Below, one piece after another: positions 8,456 to 18,611 of a DNA stretch of 64,000 nt (the stretch's first letter is position 1; each line of letters starts with the position of its first letter). This stretch comes from an uncultured Bacillales bacterium (GTDB taxonomy: Bacteria > Bacillota_I > Bacilli_A > RFN20 > CAG-449): NCBI GenBank assembly GCA_945929875.1, contig CAMEOO010000001.1, forward strand, positions 73,765 through 137,764, written 5' to 3'. The translations under genes and the position numbers were made by a program. The notes below the pieces were generated by a model, which saw only the letters and a program-made list of their open reading frames with translations, did not search any database and was not told where the DNA came from.

Positions 8456-8737
8456 CTAATTTTTACCAAGATAATTGATGTTTTCACATACTACTATGAA
8501 CTTATCTAGATAATTTTCAAGATGCCCTTTTATCATTACTAATGAACCAACTGGGAATGAAAATAGATTACCTTTATTTGTTTTGTTCCAATTAATTACT
8601 GGAATGATATCTCTTACGATTTGTCCAGAAATATTTCGGTATTCTTCAACTACTTCCACGTATCTTACTAGTTTATCATCAGGATCATCTTTAACTATAA
8701 CACCCATAAATATTACAACATTAACCATATTTTTCAC
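8456..8737 (-). CDS. Small OB-fold, SSB-like protein lacking the acidic C-terminal tail
   Basis: 93 aa. The pattern VNVVIFMGVIVKDDP...IIPVINWNKTNKGNLFSFPVGSLVMIKGHLE...VVCENINYLG follows the SSB OB-fold layout (V-L-GRL--DPE ... DFI-V--W---AE ... KG--V-V-GRL ... V-A--V-FL). Confidence 0.45.
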   Translation of the reverse strand: MKNMVNVVIFMGVIVKDDPDDKLVRYVEVVEEYRNISGQIVRDIIPVINWNKTNKGNLFSFPVGSLVMIKGHLENYLDKFIVVCENINYLGKN

Positions 8738-8809
8738 CTCAATAATATTGTAATAAATTTATTGTTTCTTTTGGTGTTTCATTTTTTCCCAAATTGTTTT
8801 TATAAAATC

Positions 8810-10954
8810 TTATTCTTTTACGCAAATTATTAATGATAATGGATTAACAATTAAATGCTGAGCGTATAGATTTGAAGAGATTCTTCCACTTTCATTAAAG
8901 AGAATCTTATAATAGTCATCTAGGTCGGTATCAAAAATCATTTGAGTAGGATTAATAAATATTAGAACATCTTTATAAGGAGCAATCACTTGTTCATTTT
9001 TATATCTAATTTTTAATACGCCATAATTCTCGCTTGTAAATTCAATTGTATTTTCAATCTCTTCTTTAGTTTTTAATCGTAAGAATTTCATTTCTTTTCT
9101 TAGAGTTACCAAATCTATAAAGAAGTGGTATAAATCTTGTCTTTCATCTAGAGCTTGATACCTGAATTGATTAATTTTATCTCCTGAGCGATATGAATTA
9201 CCATCTCCAAATTTAGTCAAACCAATTTCTTGTCCCATATGGAAGAAAGGGACTCCACAAGATAACATTACGGAAGCATTAATTAGTTTAATTCTCCTCA
9301 AAATACTTTGTTCATCTTCATTATAGCAACATACTTTTAATTTATCGTAAATCGTATTATTATCGTGGCATTCAACATAATTGATGCTTTGACCTGGTTT
9401 TATAAAAAGTGGGGGATGAGCAATAGGAAGAACAGATCCAGAAAAAACGTGCTTAAATCCATCTAAATAATTAATATCACCACTTAAATAGCCCTTTACA
9501 TATAGTTCATCATGTCCAGTTTTCCCTTTGACAATGTCTCTAAATCGATCATTGAAAAAACCGATATTATTTAACATTGAGGCATTGTTCATTGAGGCTT
9601 TTTGTAGTTGAGGCATTACCGTTGGCATGTCCCATCCTTCTCCATAAATGATGATATCAGGTTTGATTTTTTTACATTCTTGGTAAACTTCATTTATTGT
9701 GGTAATATCAACTAAACCCATTAAATCAAATCTAAATCCATCGATTCCATATTCCTTTACCCAATATTTACAATTATCGACAATATATTTTCTTGCCATA
9801 AGGTGGCGAGATTCAAACTCGTTTCCGCAAAAGGAGCCATCTGATTTAGTTCCATCAGAATTAAATCTAAAGTAATAATTTGGGCAAGCCTTTTCAAAAC
9901 AAGATGTTTCCATGTTGAAAACGTGATTAAATACGACGTCCATCACTACGCGAATATTATTTTGATGAAGTTTGCTAATTACTTTTTTATATTCGATAAT
10001 TCTTTCAAGCGGGTCAATTGGATTAACTGAAAAAGATCCTTCTACCACTCCATAGTTTTCAGGGTCATATCCCCAATTATATGTATCCTCAGGATGGAGG
10101 TCATTTGTCGTTTGAAAATCGTATACTGGTTGAAATTGAACATGAGTAATACCTAAACTTTTTAAATAATCTATTCCTACCGGATTATTCTTTTTGGTTT
10201 TTACACCTTCTTCAAGTAATCCTAAAAATTTTCCTTTATTAACTATATCTGTATTTGGATCAGAAGTTATATCTCTAATGGAAGTTTCATATATAATCGC
10301 ATCGTTAATATCATTAAATGGTTGAAGCTTATCTTCGTTTAAATCGACAAATACTTCTTTTGGATTAACTATCACCGATTCCTTAGAAAATAAGGTAACT
10401 GCTTTTGAATATGGGTCGATTACTTGATTGATTCGATTATTGATTTTAAGTAAATAAGTATAGGTATTTGAAGAAAGATCACCTTTTAGATATCCTTCAA
10501 AGATTCCAGCTTGATTATCTTTTACTAAAGGAATAATCGTAGTTTGTTTCTTTTTATTTTTGATGATAACTAAGCCAGAAGAAGCTAAAGGAGAAAAAAT
10601 TCTAAATGTTGTACCTTGCTTAGTATAAATAGCTCCCATTTCCTCATTTGAGTACATTCTTCCAATATATTTATCTAATCGTAATAGATAAGAACAATCT
10701 AAATCGATAGAAATATTTCTTTCATCCATAATCGTATAATTATGGCCTAATTGAAGTGGATATGAATTGATTACTTGATAAGTAAAATATTTAGTAGAAA
10801 CGCTAGAATTATCTATTTTTAATTCCCCTAATAAAGAGGTATCATCATAAAGAAAAAACTTTTCACAACCTTTTGAGTTATAACTTTTTCTAATAACAAT
10901 TTCAATTAAATTTTCATTTTTTAATATTGCGCTGAAAGTAGAAAATGCATTCAT
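8810..10954 (-). CDS. pulA: Type I pullulanase (GH13 debranching enzyme)
   Basis: 714 aa with YNWGYDP, GIDGFRFDLMG, YGEGWD and YVECHDN, the conserved GH13 / pullulanase regions. Confidence 0.85.
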   Translation of the reverse strand: MNAFSTFSAILKNENLIEIVIRKSYNSKGCEKFFLYDDTSLLGELKIDNSSVSTKYFTYQVINSYPLQLGHNYTIMDERNISIDLDCSYLLRLDKYIGRMYSNEEMGAIYTKQGTTFRIFSPLASSGLVIIKNKKKQTTIIPLVKDNQAGIFEGYLKGDLSSNTYTYLLKINNRINQVIDPYSKAVTLFSKESVIVNPKEVFVDLNEDKLQPFNDINDAIIYETSIRDITSDPNTDIVNKGKFLGLLEEGVKTKKNNPVGIDYLKSLGITHVQFQPVYDFQTTNDLHPEDTYNWGYDPENYGVVEGSFSVNPIDPLERIIEYKKVISKLHQNNIRVVMDVVFNHVFNMETSCFEKACPNYYFRFNSDGTKSDGSFCGNEFESRHLMARKYIVDNCKYWVKEYGIDGFRFDLMGLVDITTINEVYQECKKIKPDIIIYGEGWDMPTVMPQLQKASMNNASMLNNIGFFNDRFRDIVKGKTGHDELYVKGYLSGDINYLDGFKHVFSGSVLPIAHPPLFIKPGQSINYVECHDNNTIYDKLKVCCYNEDEQSILRRIKLINASVMLSCGVPFFHMGQEIGLTKFGDGNSYRSGDKINQFRYQALDERQDLYHFFIDLVTLRKEMKFLRLKTKEEIENTIEFTSENYGVLKIRYKNEQVIAPYKDVLIFINPTQMIFDTDLDDYYKILFNESGRISSNLYAQHLIVNPLSLIICVKE

Positions 10955-11042
10955 AATTTACCATCCATTCTTTGACCATTTTTTATTTTACCAAATATAT
11001 AAATATTTGTATCTAAAAAAATTGAATAATTCTTATTTTTGC

Positions 11043-11068
11043 AAAAAAAACAAGACAAATGGCGTCTT
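11043..11068 (-). terminator. Probable terminator after ftsK
   Basis: Short 5-bp stem AAGAC / GUCUU (11052-11056 / 11064-11068) followed by G plus eight U on the minus strand. Confidence 0.45.
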
Positions 11069-11072
11069 ATTT

Positions 11073-13652
11073 TCATTCATCTTGTTTTCGTTCTTGATTT
11101 TTTTGATTTTCGTATTCATCAATACTCATTACTACTACTCTTCGATTTCCATTTCCACTTCGAGCGATGACATGCTCATCCTCTAAGCAATTTAAGATGT
11201 GATCCGCACGAGCGTAGCCAATTCCAAATTTTGATTGAAGATTACTAGTAGAAGCTATTCGAGTTTTAATGACGTGTTCCTTAGCTAGTTCATGAAGAAC
11301 ATCTTTTTCTCTTCGGTTAATCCCTTCATAACTTGTTGAAGCTAATCCAAAATCTTCGTTTTCAATTAAAGAAGCGAAATTGTCATCGTAATCAACTTGG
11401 GCTTGACCTTTAATAAAATCGCAAATTCTAATAATATCAATATTTTTAATATAAGCTCCTTGAACTCTTACTAAAGAGTTATGACGAGGTATGCGACATA
11501 GCATATCTCCATTTCCAAGTAAGCTTTCAGCACCAGCTTCATCAAGAATTATTCTTGAGTCGATAACTTGAGGAACTAGTAGAGCAATTCTAGAAGGAAC
11601 GACCGCTTTAATGTCACCAGTAATCACGTTAACAGAAGGTCTTTGCGTACAAATAATTAGATATATTCCACACGCTCTTGCTTTTTGTGCTAAACGCTTG
11701 ATTAATGGTTCAATATCTTTTCCATATTCTGACATAAAATCACTAAACTCATCGCAAATCATTACAATATTTGGAAGTTTATCATAATGAAGCGAAGAAG
11801 CTAGTTCATTGTATTCAGATATCTTGCTACATCCTTTTCCATTAGTTAAGAATAATGAATATCTTCTTTCCATTTCTTCAACTAATCTCTTTAATGCATT
11901 TTTACCTTCTAGAGCCTCAGTAATAACTGGACATAGCAAATGCGGTAAATCATTATACTTAGAAAATTCAATCTTTTTTGGATCAATTAACATGAGTTTT
12001 AGTTCATCTGGTCGATTTCTCATAATTAAAGTGGTAATTATCGTATTTACTAAAACTGATTTTCCTGATCCAGTAGTTCCAGCAATTAGAAGGTGAGGTA
12101 AATCATCTAGAGACACGCTAACGACATTGCCTTCAATGCCTTTACCTAAAGGAACGAGTAATTTATCTTTACTAGAGGTCCGATTACTAATTGATTGTAA
12201 ACATTCTTTATATGAAACTGAAGCGATCTTTACGTTTCCAATTTCAATTGAAGAAGTATCTCTTCCTTCAACGACAAGTTCTAATCTAACCGTCTTGTTT
12301 CCACCTAAATTGATAGCAATCTCATTTTGAATTGACGAAAGGACATTTACTTTTACTCCAGGATTCATCTTAATATTAAATCTAGTACATGAAGGACCGA
12401 TGGTATAAGAAATAGCATTCGCACCAATTTTAAATTGACTAAATAATTCATTAATTTTATTTAATCGAGTCTCCGCAACAATTTTATTTTCATAAGATAC
12501 ATCGTCATTTTGTTCATTTGAAAGTAAGCTAAGAGGAGGTAACGTGTATTGTTCATACTTTGGTCTTTTTTCTTCATGAGAAATTTCTAAATTACTATTA
12601 AAACTATTACCTTGTTTAAAAGAATCATTGACATAATTCTCTTTTATATTTCTATTAGTTATTTCATTTGTATTTGAATTTTCTTCCTTTGATAGATCGT
12701 ATGAAGGTTTAATTTCGATACTTTCTGATCTATAAGGGACGCTTTTAGGTTTATCTTCTTCAATCTCTTCAAATGGACTAATTTCCTTTTTTTGTGTAAT
12801 TATAGGTTCTATTTCAACTGTTTGAGTTTTTGCTGGAGAAATTTTATTATTTTCTTCTTCATTTATATCATCGACAAATGGAGAAATAATAGGTTTTTGA
12901 AGCACTTCTTCTTTCTCCTCCTGTTTACTTATTTTTTCTTGTGGAGGAATAACTTCTTCTTTTTTTTCTTCTAAACTTTGTTCTTGAATAGGTTTTAGTA
13001 GCTCACTTGGCTGAGAAGAAATAGATACTTTATTTGCTTTTTCTTCTTTTTTCTTTTGATTTAAACTTTTTAATTTCTTAAAGAATTTAACAAAATATAC
13101 GATAAAATCTTTTAAAAAGATGCTGATTCCAACAAAGGCAAATATAGCGATAGTAATGGTAGTTCCAATACTTGTGAAGCAAGTATTTAAAAAACCTCTA
13201 AGCATATAGCCTAGATATCCTCCACCTGTATAAGAAATAGCTTCAAAACTTTCAATTTTAAAAAGAGAAATTCCAGGCGTAGCATTTAATACGTTCATGT
13301 AAGTGTTTGTGAAGTTACTAATGGTTAGTTCAACATTGGTATTTGAAGCTCCAATTAGGAAACTAAATAAGATTAAAATAAATGAAAACAAGTACATATT
13401 TATTTTCATAACCATTGCTTTTTTTGTGATGATTAAATACAAAGAAAAAACAATTAAATACGAAAAAACTAAAAAGTAAAAATTACCAAATATAAAGACG
13501 ATGCAATATTGTAAAAACTGACCTACTGGTCCTTTCCCTAGTAGCCCAATTAGAGACACTAATAAAATCATCACCCCAATTAAAGTGGCTTCGACATCAT
13601 TAGATAACAATTTTGAATCGCTATTTTTTGGCACTTTCAATTTATTTTTCAT
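11073..13652 (-). CDS. ftsK: DNA translocase FtsK/SpoIIIE
   Basis: 859 aa. N-terminal polytopic membrane domain, K/E/P-rich linker, Walker A GTTGSGKSV, Walker B IVMICDEFSD and a C-terminal gamma winged helix (LQSKFGIGYARADHILNCLE). Confidence 0.9.
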   Translation of the reverse strand: MKNKLKVPKNSDSKLLSNDVEATLIGVMILLVSLIGLLGKGPVGQFLQYCIVFIFGNFYFLVFSYLIVFSLYLIITKKAMVMKINMYLFSFILILFSFLIGASNTNVELTISNFTNTYMNVLNATPGISLFKIESFEAISYTGGGYLGYMLRGFLNTCFTSIGTTITIAIFAFVGISIFLKDFIVYFVKFFKKLKSLNQKKKEEKANKVSISSQPSELLKPIQEQSLEEKKEEVIPPQEKISKQEEKEEVLQKPIISPFVDDINEEENNKISPAKTQTVEIEPIITQKKEISPFEEIEEDKPKSVPYRSESIEIKPSYDLSKEENSNTNEITNRNIKENYVNDSFKQGNSFNSNLEISHEEKRPKYEQYTLPPLSLLSNEQNDDVSYENKIVAETRLNKINELFSQFKIGANAISYTIGPSCTRFNIKMNPGVKVNVLSSIQNEIAINLGGNKTVRLELVVEGRDTSSIEIGNVKIASVSYKECLQSISNRTSSKDKLLVPLGKGIEGNVVSVSLDDLPHLLIAGTTGSGKSVLVNTIITTLIMRNRPDELKLMLIDPKKIEFSKYNDLPHLLCPVITEALEGKNALKRLVEEMERRYSLFLTNGKGCSKISEYNELASSLHYDKLPNIVMICDEFSDFMSEYGKDIEPLIKRLAQKARACGIYLIICTQRPSVNVITGDIKAVVPSRIALLVPQVIDSRIILDEAGAESLLGNGDMLCRIPRHNSLVRVQGAYIKNIDIIRICDFIKGQAQVDYDDNFASLIENEDFGLASTSYEGINRREKDVLHELAKEHVIKTRIASTSNLQSKFGIGYARADHILNCLEDEHVIARSGNGNRRVVVMSIDEYENQKNQERKQDE

Positions 13653-13728
13653 GATAAACCTCGTAATTTCCTTACTTATTTATTTTATTAAATAAAATAA
13701 TTTTATTCAATTACTATCCTACTTTAAG

Positions 13729-13751
13729 AAAAAAAACTAGCATAAGCTAGT
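13729..13751 (-). terminator. Rho-independent terminator after the mraZ-rsmH-ftsL unit
   Basis: Minus-strand stem ACUAGC / GCUAGU (13736-13741 / 13746-13751) with a 4-nt loop, followed by seven U. It starts 1 nt after the stop at 13753. Confidence 0.7.
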
Positions 13752-13752
13752 A

Positions 13753-13977
13753 TTACTTATTATTAGATTTATTTATTAATCTATTTTGTTTTAAATTTTT
13801 ACGTATAAAAATAATAATAAATAAGATATTAAATGATGCAATAGAACAAATGACGATGATCAATTGATTTAAAAATAAAGCATCTTCAATAAAATAAAGG
13901 GAAGTAAAAACTATAGACGAAACAATAATTGCCCATAGATCGATGGTTAACATAGCTTTGACATAGAAATTTTTCAT
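13753..13977 (-). CDS. Small two-TM membrane protein, unknown function
   Basis: The ORF track start at 13995 is a TTG. The ATG at 13975-13977 (MKNFYVKAM...) follows GAAAGGAAG and the ftsL stop and is the better start. Two hydrophobic helices. Confidence 0.5.
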   Translation of the reverse strand: MKNFYVKAMLTIDLWAIIVSSIVFTSLYFIEDALFLNQLIIVICSIASFNILFIIIFIRKNLKQNRLINKSNNK

Positions 13978-13981
13978 AATA

Positions 13982-14200
13982 TTACTTCCTTTCAACTTTA
14001 GTTTGACTTACAGTGTCATCATTCTGATTTTCCATAACATTTATATCGTGAGTTAAAGATCTATTCGTATTAGATAATGAAGTTAAAATTGGTAATCCCA
14101 CACTTAAAGTTATGGTTAATAAAAATAAACCAGCGATACCAAGTCTTCTTGCACGATAATCAAATTTTGTCATGTTTTTCTTTACCAATTTGTTTTTCAT
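13982..14200 (-). CDS. ftsL: FtsL-like single-pass division protein (positional call)
   Basis: 72 aa with a basic N-terminus, one TM (LGIAGLFLLTITLSVGLPILT) and a short polar ectodomain. It overlaps the rsmH stop by 4 nt (ATGA), the canonical ftsL position. It is shorter than typical FtsL. Confidence 0.4.
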   Translation of the reverse strand: MKNKLVKKNMTKFDYRARRLGIAGLFLLTITLSVGLPILTSLSNTNRSLTHDINVMENQNDDTVSQTKVERK

Positions 14201-15132
14201 AATCTTTTTTTCCTTTCTATAATTCTTAATTTTGCCGATTTTGCACGGTTATTTTGTTGTAATTCTTCTTCACTAGCAACAATTACTTTTTTGTTTACTA
14301 ACATGAAGTCAAGTTCAACTTCCTTAGAAGGAAGATTTCTAGAAACACTTTCTTGCTTAGTTAGTTTATTGAAGTGTTCTTTTACTATTCTATCCTCTAG
14401 TGAATTGAAGGTAATAACGCAAAGCCTACCTCCTTCATTTAATAACGATGTAATGTTTTCAAGAGTTTCTTTTAGAATGTTTAGTTCATCGTTAACTTCA
14501 ATTCTGATAGCTTGGAATGTTTGTTTTGCTGGATGGCCTACTTTAGATAATACTTTTTGAGGTAAAGCACTTTTAATTGCTTCTACTAATTCAAAAGTGG
14601 TTTCTAATGGTCTAATCTCTCTTCTTTTTACGATTTGTCTAGCAATTTGATAAGCAAATTTTTCCTCGCCATAATCTCTTATTACTTTAGTTAATGAAGA
14701 AAGCGAATAAGAATTTACTACATCGTAAGCACTGAGTTTTGATGAACGATTCATTCTCATATCTAATCTTGCATCGTATCGATAGGAGAATCCTCGATCT
14801 GATTCATCAAATTGAGCGGAACTAACACCAAGATCTAGCATAATTCCATCGACTTTATTAACCCCATACTCCTTTAATCTAGCGTTCATGTTTTTAAAGT
14901 TATCGTGAATTAATGTAAAAGAAGAAGATATTGCTTTAAGTCGATCGTAAGATTCATCGATGGCTTGCTTGTCTTGATCAAAGCAATATAGATGACCGCT
15001 TGTAAGTCTTTTTAAGACTTCGCTACTATGCCCTCCTCTTCCAAGAGTTCCATCGACATAGATTCCATCAGGTTTTATATTTAAACCTTGGATCGTTTCG
15101 TTCAATAATACCGGAATGTGCTTGAATTCCAT
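14197..15132 (-). CDS. rsmH: 16S rRNA (cytosine1402-N4)-methyltransferase RsmH (MraW)
   Basis: Motifs HIPVLLNE, DGTLGRGGHS and LDLGVSSAQFD. I start at the ATG 15130-15132 (MEFKHIPVL), which follows GGTGAATAAT (SD plus the mraZ stop). The 36-codon N-terminal extension in the ORF track overlaps mraZ and is rejected. Confidence 0.9.
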   Translation of the reverse strand: MEFKHIPVLLNETIQGLNIKPDGIYVDGTLGRGGHSSEVLKRLTSGHLYCFDQDKQAIDESYDRLKAISSSFTLIHDNFKNMNARLKEYGVNKVDGIMLDLGVSSAQFDESDRGFSYRYDARLDMRMNRSSKLSAYDVVNSYSLSSLTKVIRDYGEEKFAYQIARQIVKRREIRPLETTFELVEAIKSALPQKVLSKVGHPAKQTFQAIRIEVNDELNILKETLENITSLLNEGGRLCVITFNSLEDRIVKEHFNKLTKQESVSRNLPSKEVELDFMLVNKKVIVASEEELQQNNRAKSAKLRIIERKKRL

Positions 15133-15133
15133 A

Positions 15134-15565
15134 TTATTCACCATAATGGATTTTTGAAGCATTGGACTCATAGTTTGAATCGTTAACTTCAGACATTTGT
15201 TTAAATGCTTCTTTATCCCAAATTTCAACGTGATCATCAACTCCGATAATCACTACATCTTTTTTAACTTGACATTTGTCACAAAGTTCTTTCGATAATT
15301 GGATTCTACCTTGCTTATCAACATCGCATTCATAAGAATTAGCAAAGAAAGTTCTCTTATAACCACGATTATCATTTTCAAGTGATGAAGCTTTAGATAA
15401 ATTTGAAGCAATTTCAACAAAAGTTTCTTCAGGATAAATGGCTAAACATTTATCTAGGCCTAAAGTAATATAAACTGTTGGCCCAAGTTTTTCACGGAGT
15501 TTTGAAGGCAAAGTAACTCTGTTTTTTTCGTCTAAATTATGATTATATGTACCGATAAAAAACAT
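15134..15565 (-). CDS. mraZ: Transcriptional regulator MraZ
   Basis: Two DxxxR repeats (DEKNRVTLPSK and DKQGRIQLSKE). The start MFFIGTYNH at 15563-15565 is preceded by GGGGGAAAG. Confidence 0.9.
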   Translation of the reverse strand: MFFIGTYNHNLDEKNRVTLPSKLREKLGPTVYITLGLDKCLAIYPEETFVEIASNLSKASSLENDNRGYKRTFFANSYECDVDKQGRIQLSKELCDKCQVKKDVVIIGVDDHVEIWDKEAFKQMSEVNDSNYESNASKIHYGE

Positions 15566-15671
15566 AGCTTTCCCCCATTTCTCTCCACTTGTACCCACAT
15601 TATAACCATTTAGCACCATTTTGTAAATATATTAATTAATATTTTTAAAAAATTATCCACTTTTTAGCATC

Positions 15672-15697
15672 AAAAAAAGCCACGTTTAAGCGTGACC
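15672..15697 (-). terminator. Rho-independent terminator after the pheST-DUF177 unit
   Basis: Minus-strand RNA GUCACG-CUUAAA-CGUGGC (one G-U pair; plus-strand stem arms 15679-15684 and 15691-15696) followed by seven U (15672-15678). Confidence 0.65.
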
Positions 15698-15712
15698 TTT
15701 TTTAATTATCAA

Positions 15713-16216
15713 TTAATCTACATCTAGATCTTTTAATGCATCAAATGCTGAAGAAGTTTTTTTTCGATTGTTATATTGATCTTCAGAAATAACTTCCCAA
15801 TTATCCTTGGAAAAAGACTCTGGATCATCTTCACCTATTACTTTAATTGGAATAGAAGTAATCACTAAGGAAACAATTTCATCGTGCAAATCAATTTCAT
15901 TATCGTTTATATTAATTATTGACTCATCCTCTAAATCTTTATTAGAAGTAAAAGAATAAGTTAGATTTTGTTTTTCTTTTAGTTTCAACTTTGTAGGCTT
16001 TAATGTCCTTGTCGATTTAAAATTTAATAATGCATCGATACTAAGTTCAACAATTGCTAGATCCATTCCTTCAACATATTTTGCTTTTACTTTTGTTTGA
16101 AATTTATCTATAGAAATAAAACCATCAATTTGTTTTAATGAAGAATCATCAATTTCATCTTTAGAAAAAAGTTCGATTTCCTTTTTTTCTAATAATTCAT
16201 TCTTACTAATAATCAT
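15713..16216 (-). CDS. YceD/YlbN-family DUF177 protein
   Basis: 167 aa, acidic. STRTLKP, NEIDLHDEIVSLVITSIPIK, KDNWEVISEDQ and the C-terminal SSAFDALKDL align with B. subtilis YlbN (CSRTL, IDL---I-E-ILL-IP, GNDWEVITEED, DPRLAGLAKLL). The start shares 1 nt with the pheT stop. Confidence 0.75.
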   Translation of the reverse strand: MIISKNELLEKKEIELFSKDEIDDSSLKQIDGFISIDKFQTKVKAKYVEGMDLAIVELSIDALLNFKSTRTLKPTKLKLKEKQNLTYSFTSNKDLEDESIININDNEIDLHDEIVSLVITSIPIKVIGEDDPESFSKDNWEVISEDQYNNRKKTSSAFDALKDLDVD

Positions 16217-18606
16217 TATTTTCTCAACTCTGCTTTCAATACTTTGAATAGTTCGCTAACGATTGAATCGACAACTTGATTAATCTCTTTTTCAACAAGA
16301 GTTTTATTTTCATCTTGGAAGGTGATACTAATTGCAACAGATTTATATCCTTTCTCCAGGTGTTCTCCTTCATAGACATCGAAAATTTCTACGTTTTTGA
16401 CCATGCTTCCACCTGCTTTTTTAACTACTCTAATTATATCGCTAGATAAAATATCTTTTTTAAGAACTAATGATAAATCACGATTGACTGAAGGATATTT
16501 TGATACTTGATTCATCTTAGTTTGTGGAACTTTTAATTCAAATAGCGCGCTTAGATTTAAATCGAGCACGTAAGTTTCCCCAATATCTTTTGACATTTGA
16601 GGATGAACTTGACCACAAACTCCAACCACTTCTTTACCAAATAAAATTTTTGTTGTCCTTCCAGGATGATAATAAATTGAATCAATTAATCTTTCTTCTT
16701 TATAACGGTTCTTTTCAATGCCAAGAGAATTCATAATCGCTTCAAAAATACCATGAATATCATAGAAATCATATTTGTTAGATTCTAATTTGCCTCTTGA
16801 CTCATTTGAGCCATTTAATACGACGCATAGCTCTTGATAATGATGAGCCTTTGTTATGACATCGCTAACTTCGAAGAATTTCAAATCTTGTTGTTGATGG
16901 GCCAAATTATATTTAATAACATCTAATAGAGAAGAAACTATCCCTTTTCTAACGACGCTATGATCGATAGTCATCGGATTACAAATTTGATAAGCTTCAT
17001 CATTATTTAACAAAACAAATTTTTCATTATCAGAAGGAGAAATCAAAGTGTAAGTTAACGCTTCGTTTAATCCTTGATCAATTAATAAATTTCTAATATT
17101 TAAACGCTTTTGTTGACTTGGAGTATACCCTCCAACTGTAGTAACCATCAAAGGGAGTTGCGATTTGATTTGACCAAAACCAACATATCTAATTACTTCT
17201 TCGCTTAAATCAGCATCGCATTGAATGTCGATACGATGATCTGGGACTATCGCGATGAACATATTGTGATTTACATCGATAGTTTCGATAAACAATTTAT
17301 TTAAAATTGAAGTGATGGTTTCATAATCAAAATTAGTTCCTAGTCTTTTATTTATATAATCGACTGAACATTCAATTCTAGTTTTTTCACTTGAAATAGT
17401 ATTATAACGGCTTGTTTTTTCAACCACATTTGCTTGAGCTAGCTCCACTAAAAGCTCGGCGGTTAAATCTAAGACAAATTCATCTTGTTTTGGATTGATA
17501 CCTTTTAAGAAATGAGCGCTAGATTCGCTAGATAAACCGATTCGCGTAGAAGTTTTACGGATAGTTGAACCTTTAAAATTTGCACTTTCTATAGCGATAT
17601 TCTTAGTATTTTCATCGACTGCTACATTAGATAAACCCATGACGCCAGCTAAACAAACTGGTTCATTATTATTGGTAACTACTAAATCACCTTTTTCTAA
17701 ATGATAAGTTTTATCATCGAGACAGACGACATCTTGTTCAACATCATTCTTAACCACAAATTCATTAGAGTGAAGTTTATCTAAATCGTACATGTGGATA
17801 GGTTGACCAGTTAACACCATTATATAGTTTCCAATATCAACGATGTTATTTATCGAACGGATTCCTTGAGCCATCAAGAATTCTTTGAGCCACTTTGGTG
17901 AAGCTTTAGTAACGACATTTCTAACTACTTTAATTGAAAATTGTGGGCAGTCAGTAGTTTCACTACTACATTTGATATTTGTAGGAACTTCATCGTACTT
18001 TGCTACTTCAGGAAGAGTTAACTTGCGATCAAATAAAGCGGAAAGTTCTTTAGCTAGAGAAAAAATCGCTAAAACATCGCTTCGATTAGCTAAGACGTTA
18101 ATGTCAAAAATTGTATCGTCAAGCCCTAAATATTCTAAGACGTTTTCATTTCCAACAACTGCATCTTCTTCTAATTCTTCAATTCCATTAATTTGAGCGT
18201 CAGTTAAAAATAATTTATCGACTCCAAGTTCAAGTAAAGAGCAACACATTCCATTTGACTCAACGCCTCTAATGGTAGATTTATTGATTTTAACATTATT
18301 TTTAGATAAGCTTGCCCCAGGGCGAGCAACGATAACTTTTAATCCTTCTTTAACGTTTGGAGCCCCACAGACGATTTGTTCTACACCATATTTTTTTCCC
18401 TCATCTACTTGTAAGATATGAAGGTGGTCACTATCAGGATGATTATCTACTTTTAAAATTTGCCCAATAACTAGATTAGAAGCGTAAGCTAATCTTTCAA
18501 CTCCTTCAACTTCCAGTCCGGCGAAAGTTAATTTGTTTTCGATTTCTTCAGGAGTAATATCTTTTAAATCGACAAATTTACTTAATAATTTATAACTTGC
18601 TAACAT
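16216..18606 (-). CDS. pheT: Phenylalanine--tRNA ligase beta subunit
   Basis: 796 aa with an N-terminal tRNA-binding OB domain (VIGQILKVDNHPDSDHL), B3/4 and B5 regions and a C-terminal FDX-ACB domain. It follows pheS. Confidence 0.9.
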   Translation of the reverse strand: MLASYKLLSKFVDLKDITPEEIENKLTFAGLEVEGVERLAYASNLVIGQILKVDNHPDSDHLHILQVDEGKKYGVEQIVCGAPNVKEGLKVIVARPGASLSKNNVKINKSTIRGVESNGMCCSLLELGVDKLFLTDAQINGIEELEEDAVVGNENVLEYLGLDDTIFDINVLANRSDVLAIFSLAKELSALFDRKLTLPEVAKYDEVPTNIKCSSETTDCPQFSIKVVRNVVTKASPKWLKEFLMAQGIRSINNIVDIGNYIMVLTGQPIHMYDLDKLHSNEFVVKNDVEQDVVCLDDKTYHLEKGDLVVTNNNEPVCLAGVMGLSNVAVDENTKNIAIESANFKGSTIRKTSTRIGLSSESSAHFLKGINPKQDEFVLDLTAELLVELAQANVVEKTSRYNTISSEKTRIECSVDYINKRLGTNFDYETITSILNKLFIETIDVNHNMFIAIVPDHRIDIQCDADLSEEVIRYVGFGQIKSQLPLMVTTVGGYTPSQQKRLNIRNLLIDQGLNEALTYTLISPSDNEKFVLLNNDEAYQICNPMTIDHSVVRKGIVSSLLDVIKYNLAHQQQDLKFFEVSDVITKAHHYQELCVVLNGSNESRGKLESNKYDFYDIHGIFEAIMNSLGIEKNRYKEERLIDSIYYHPGRTTKILFGKEVVGVCGQVHPQMSKDIGETYVLDLNLSALFELKVPQTKMNQVSKYPSVNRDLSLVLKKDILSSDIIRVVKKAGGSMVKNVEIFDVYEGEHLEKGYKSVAISITFQDENKTLVEKEINQVVDSIVSELFKVLKAELRK

Positions 18607-18611
18607 ATCTC

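Noticed and set aside
11809-12974. Three plus-strand ORFs (11809-12096, 12127-12330, 12792-12974) inside ftsK, including a Phe-rich one over the K/E linker
   Set aside because: They are antisense shadows of ftsK. The 12792-12974 ORF simply mirrors the AAG/GAA-rich linker (poly-F/L). The linker is low-complexity coding sequence, not a DNA repeat element.
14291-14560. 89-aa plus-strand ORF inside rsmH
   Set aside because: Antisense shadow ORF with no SD.
15133-15240. 36-codon N-terminal extension of rsmH given in the ORF track
   Set aside because: It overlaps the mraZ 3' end. The conserved RsmH N-terminus (MEFKHIPVL) starts at 15132, right after an SD and the mraZ stop.
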